From: Bacteroidaceae bacterium
Lineage (GTDB): Bacteria; Bacteroidota; Bacteroidia; Bacteroidales; Bacteroidaceae
Direction: 5' to 3'
Assembly: GCA_963640465.1 (NCBI GenBank)
Contig: CAVHYP010000001.1
Location: 20,553-84,552 of the forward strand
Length of the DNA stretch: 64,000 nucleotides
Shown here: one piece after another, positions 62,677-64,000 of the stretch
Numbering within the stretch: the stretch's first letter is position 1
Layout: each line of letters begins with the position of its first letter
Position numbers and translations under genes: made by a program
Notes under the pieces: model-generated
What the model saw: the letters and a program-made list of their open reading frames with translations, nothing else
Told to the model about the DNA's origin: nothing
Database searches by the model: none

Positions 62677-64000
62677 TTATTTTGCGGTGTAGAAGTCGGT
62701 GATGCCGATGATGGCGCGTGTGCAGACTGGGCAGAAGTCCTCAACCTCGTTCACGTTCATGCGGCAAAGTTCTGCCGGACGGTAAACACCTTTGGTCTGA
62801 TAGCCGCCGCCTTCGTAAACGCCCACTTTCTTTGTCTTGGCATTGAGGTCTTCCTTCTGTCCGCCTCGCTCTGCGTTCTTCGGACGTGAGGCTGATCCTC
62901 CCTTCTCGTTCACTGTGGTTGGAATCTTTGTGCCTGCTGGTACGAGATCTTTCCATTTCTTGTCGAACTCGTGAAGGGTAGTGATGTTTGGCTCCCAAGG
63001 CTCGGTGTCGGCTGGATACCATTCCACATAGTTGTCGTTGTAGGCATATTCGTCGGCAAGTCCGGCATAGGAGTGTCCGAACTCATGCACGAGCACTTGC
63101 TTGAATGTGGCATGGTCGCTCGAACTGCACATCCATTGGTTGTAGATGCCTCCGCCGCCATAGCGTGGTGTGTTGATGAGTACGATGATGTGCTCGAACG
63201 GAACTCCGCTGAGAAGGTCATAGAGTTTGTGAACCTTTGATGTGGTGAGGTAACGGTCGCTGTAGAAGGTGTCGTAGTGGGCACGCAGAACGGTGTTGTG
63301 CCAGATTCCCTTGCCTGGTTCCGATGGTCCGCTCTCTGCAGATTCGCTTGCCACTGCCACTACATTGAATCGGCTCTTGAGTGACTTGAACGGTTCGTGA
63401 CTGAACAGGGCATCGGCTGCACGCTGGCAGTCGTTGTAGAACTTGTCCATCTGGTCTCTGGTGTAGCCCTCGGCTACGATAGCGAGGTCTACGCAGTCGC
63501 TGATGTCGCCGCTCTTCACTATATATTTATAAGGTACACCGTTTTCTCCGATAGGACGGATAAGAATGTCGGTCGGGTCGACATGGTGGGTCATCTTTGA
63601 AGTCACCACGTTGTGGTTGTTGGTGAGGGTCACCTGCACGTCAATCGGTTTCTTCGGGAACGGGATGTTGTAGCTTGCCTCGAATCCGCGGAGCATTTTG
63701 GTTGCTTCCACTTCGTTCTGCCATTCCTGGAACAGGGTGGAGAAGGTATGGACATAAATCAGCTTGTGGGTTTCGCTGTCGAACACATTGATTTGTCCGT
63801 TTCCGCGCAGATAGGTCTCTGCCAGGCGATTGCGGCGTCCTGCCCATTTTGCCTGCTTGTAGAGTTGCTCCATCTGGATGTACTGGTTGACACTGTCGCC
63901 TCCCATGATGTAGTCAATGCGGAGGGTGTTGTCTTCGAAATAGTCTTCGAACTTCTGTGCCTTGGTGCCGATCGCAACAAGCAGTGCGACGGCTGCAATG
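62677..64000 (-). CDS. M64-family (IgA-peptidase-like) zinc metallopeptidase; N-terminus beyond the right window edge
   Basis: Motif VLVHEFGHSYAGLADEY. The frame stays open upstream of the listed Met (63906) to the window end. My translation there reads ...IAAVALLVAIGTKAQKFEDYFEDNTLRIDYIMGGD, i.e. a signal peptide followed by an M64 N-terminal domain. Confidence 0.8.
   Translation of the reverse strand, partial: IAAVALLVAIGTKAQKFEDYFEDNTLRIDYIMGGDSVNQYIQMEQLYKQAKWAGRRNRLAETYLRGNGQINVFDSETHKLIYVHTFSTLFQEWQNEVEATKMLRGFEASYNIPFPKKPIDVQVTLTNNHNVVTSKMTHHVDPTDILIRPIGENGVPYKYIVKSGDISDCVDLAIVAEGYTRDQMDKFYNDCQRAADALFSHEPFKSLKSRFNVVAVASESAESGPSEPGKGIWHNTVLRAHYDTFYSDRYLTTSKVHKLYDLLSGVPFEHIIVLINTPRYGGGGIYNQWMCSSSDHATFKQVLVHEFGHSYAGLADEYAYNDNYVEWYPADTEPWEPNITTLHEFDKKWKDLVPAGTKIPTTVNEKGGSASRPKNAERGGQKEDLNAKTKKVGVYEGGGYQTKGVYRPAELCRMNVNEVEDFCPVCTRAIIGITDFYTAK

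Noticed and set aside
1-64000. rRNA, tRNA, integrase/transposase, restriction-modification, toxin-antitoxin or other known defence genes
   Set aside because: None were recognised in any frame or in the spacers by eye. This is a negative result limited by manual inspection. tRNAscan-SE, Infernal and defence-system HMM scans would be needed to confirm it.

Overview
This 64-kb chromosomal segment reads like a Bacteroidales (Prevotella/Segatella-type) genome. It holds about 53 tightly packed protein-coding genes, roughly 80% on the minus strand. Bacteroidetes-type TAnnTTTG -7 promoter boxes, lipoprotein signal peptides and T9SS C-terminal sorting domains are all present. Gene content is mostly housekeeping, envelope and carbohydrate metabolism: yidC, aspS, a BamA/TamA-like OMP, pgk, nth, rpoD, uxaB/uxaA with a PL10 pectate lyase, nrdDG, engB, an S41 protease, dCMP deaminase, dcp, apbE, mntP, GH115, ung, a PLD-type enzyme, rubrerythrin and an M64 peptidase. 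I found no rRNA, tRNA, CRISPR array, integrase/transposase or recognisable defence gene. The unusual material is mainly non-coding. (i) Many intergenic spacers, typically right after stop codons, are built from phased tandem units of about 21-24 bp. At least three unit families recur at unlinked loci: GATACGTCCGGTTGTCTGAACC, the near-palindrome TTCTCTGACCAGGGAA, and a TTTAG-core family on both flanks of one gene. (ii) A 704-bp segment is bounded by 23-bp imperfect inverted repeats and filled with a 41-bp tandem array. (iii) A roughly 0.9-kb gene-free stretch with an orphan promoter box and terminator-like helices lies next to a Firmicute-style Y-family polymerase/YolD cassette. All calls come from reading the supplied translations and the DNA by eye. 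No database search, folding or statistics could be run, so family names are motif-based recognitions, not search results.
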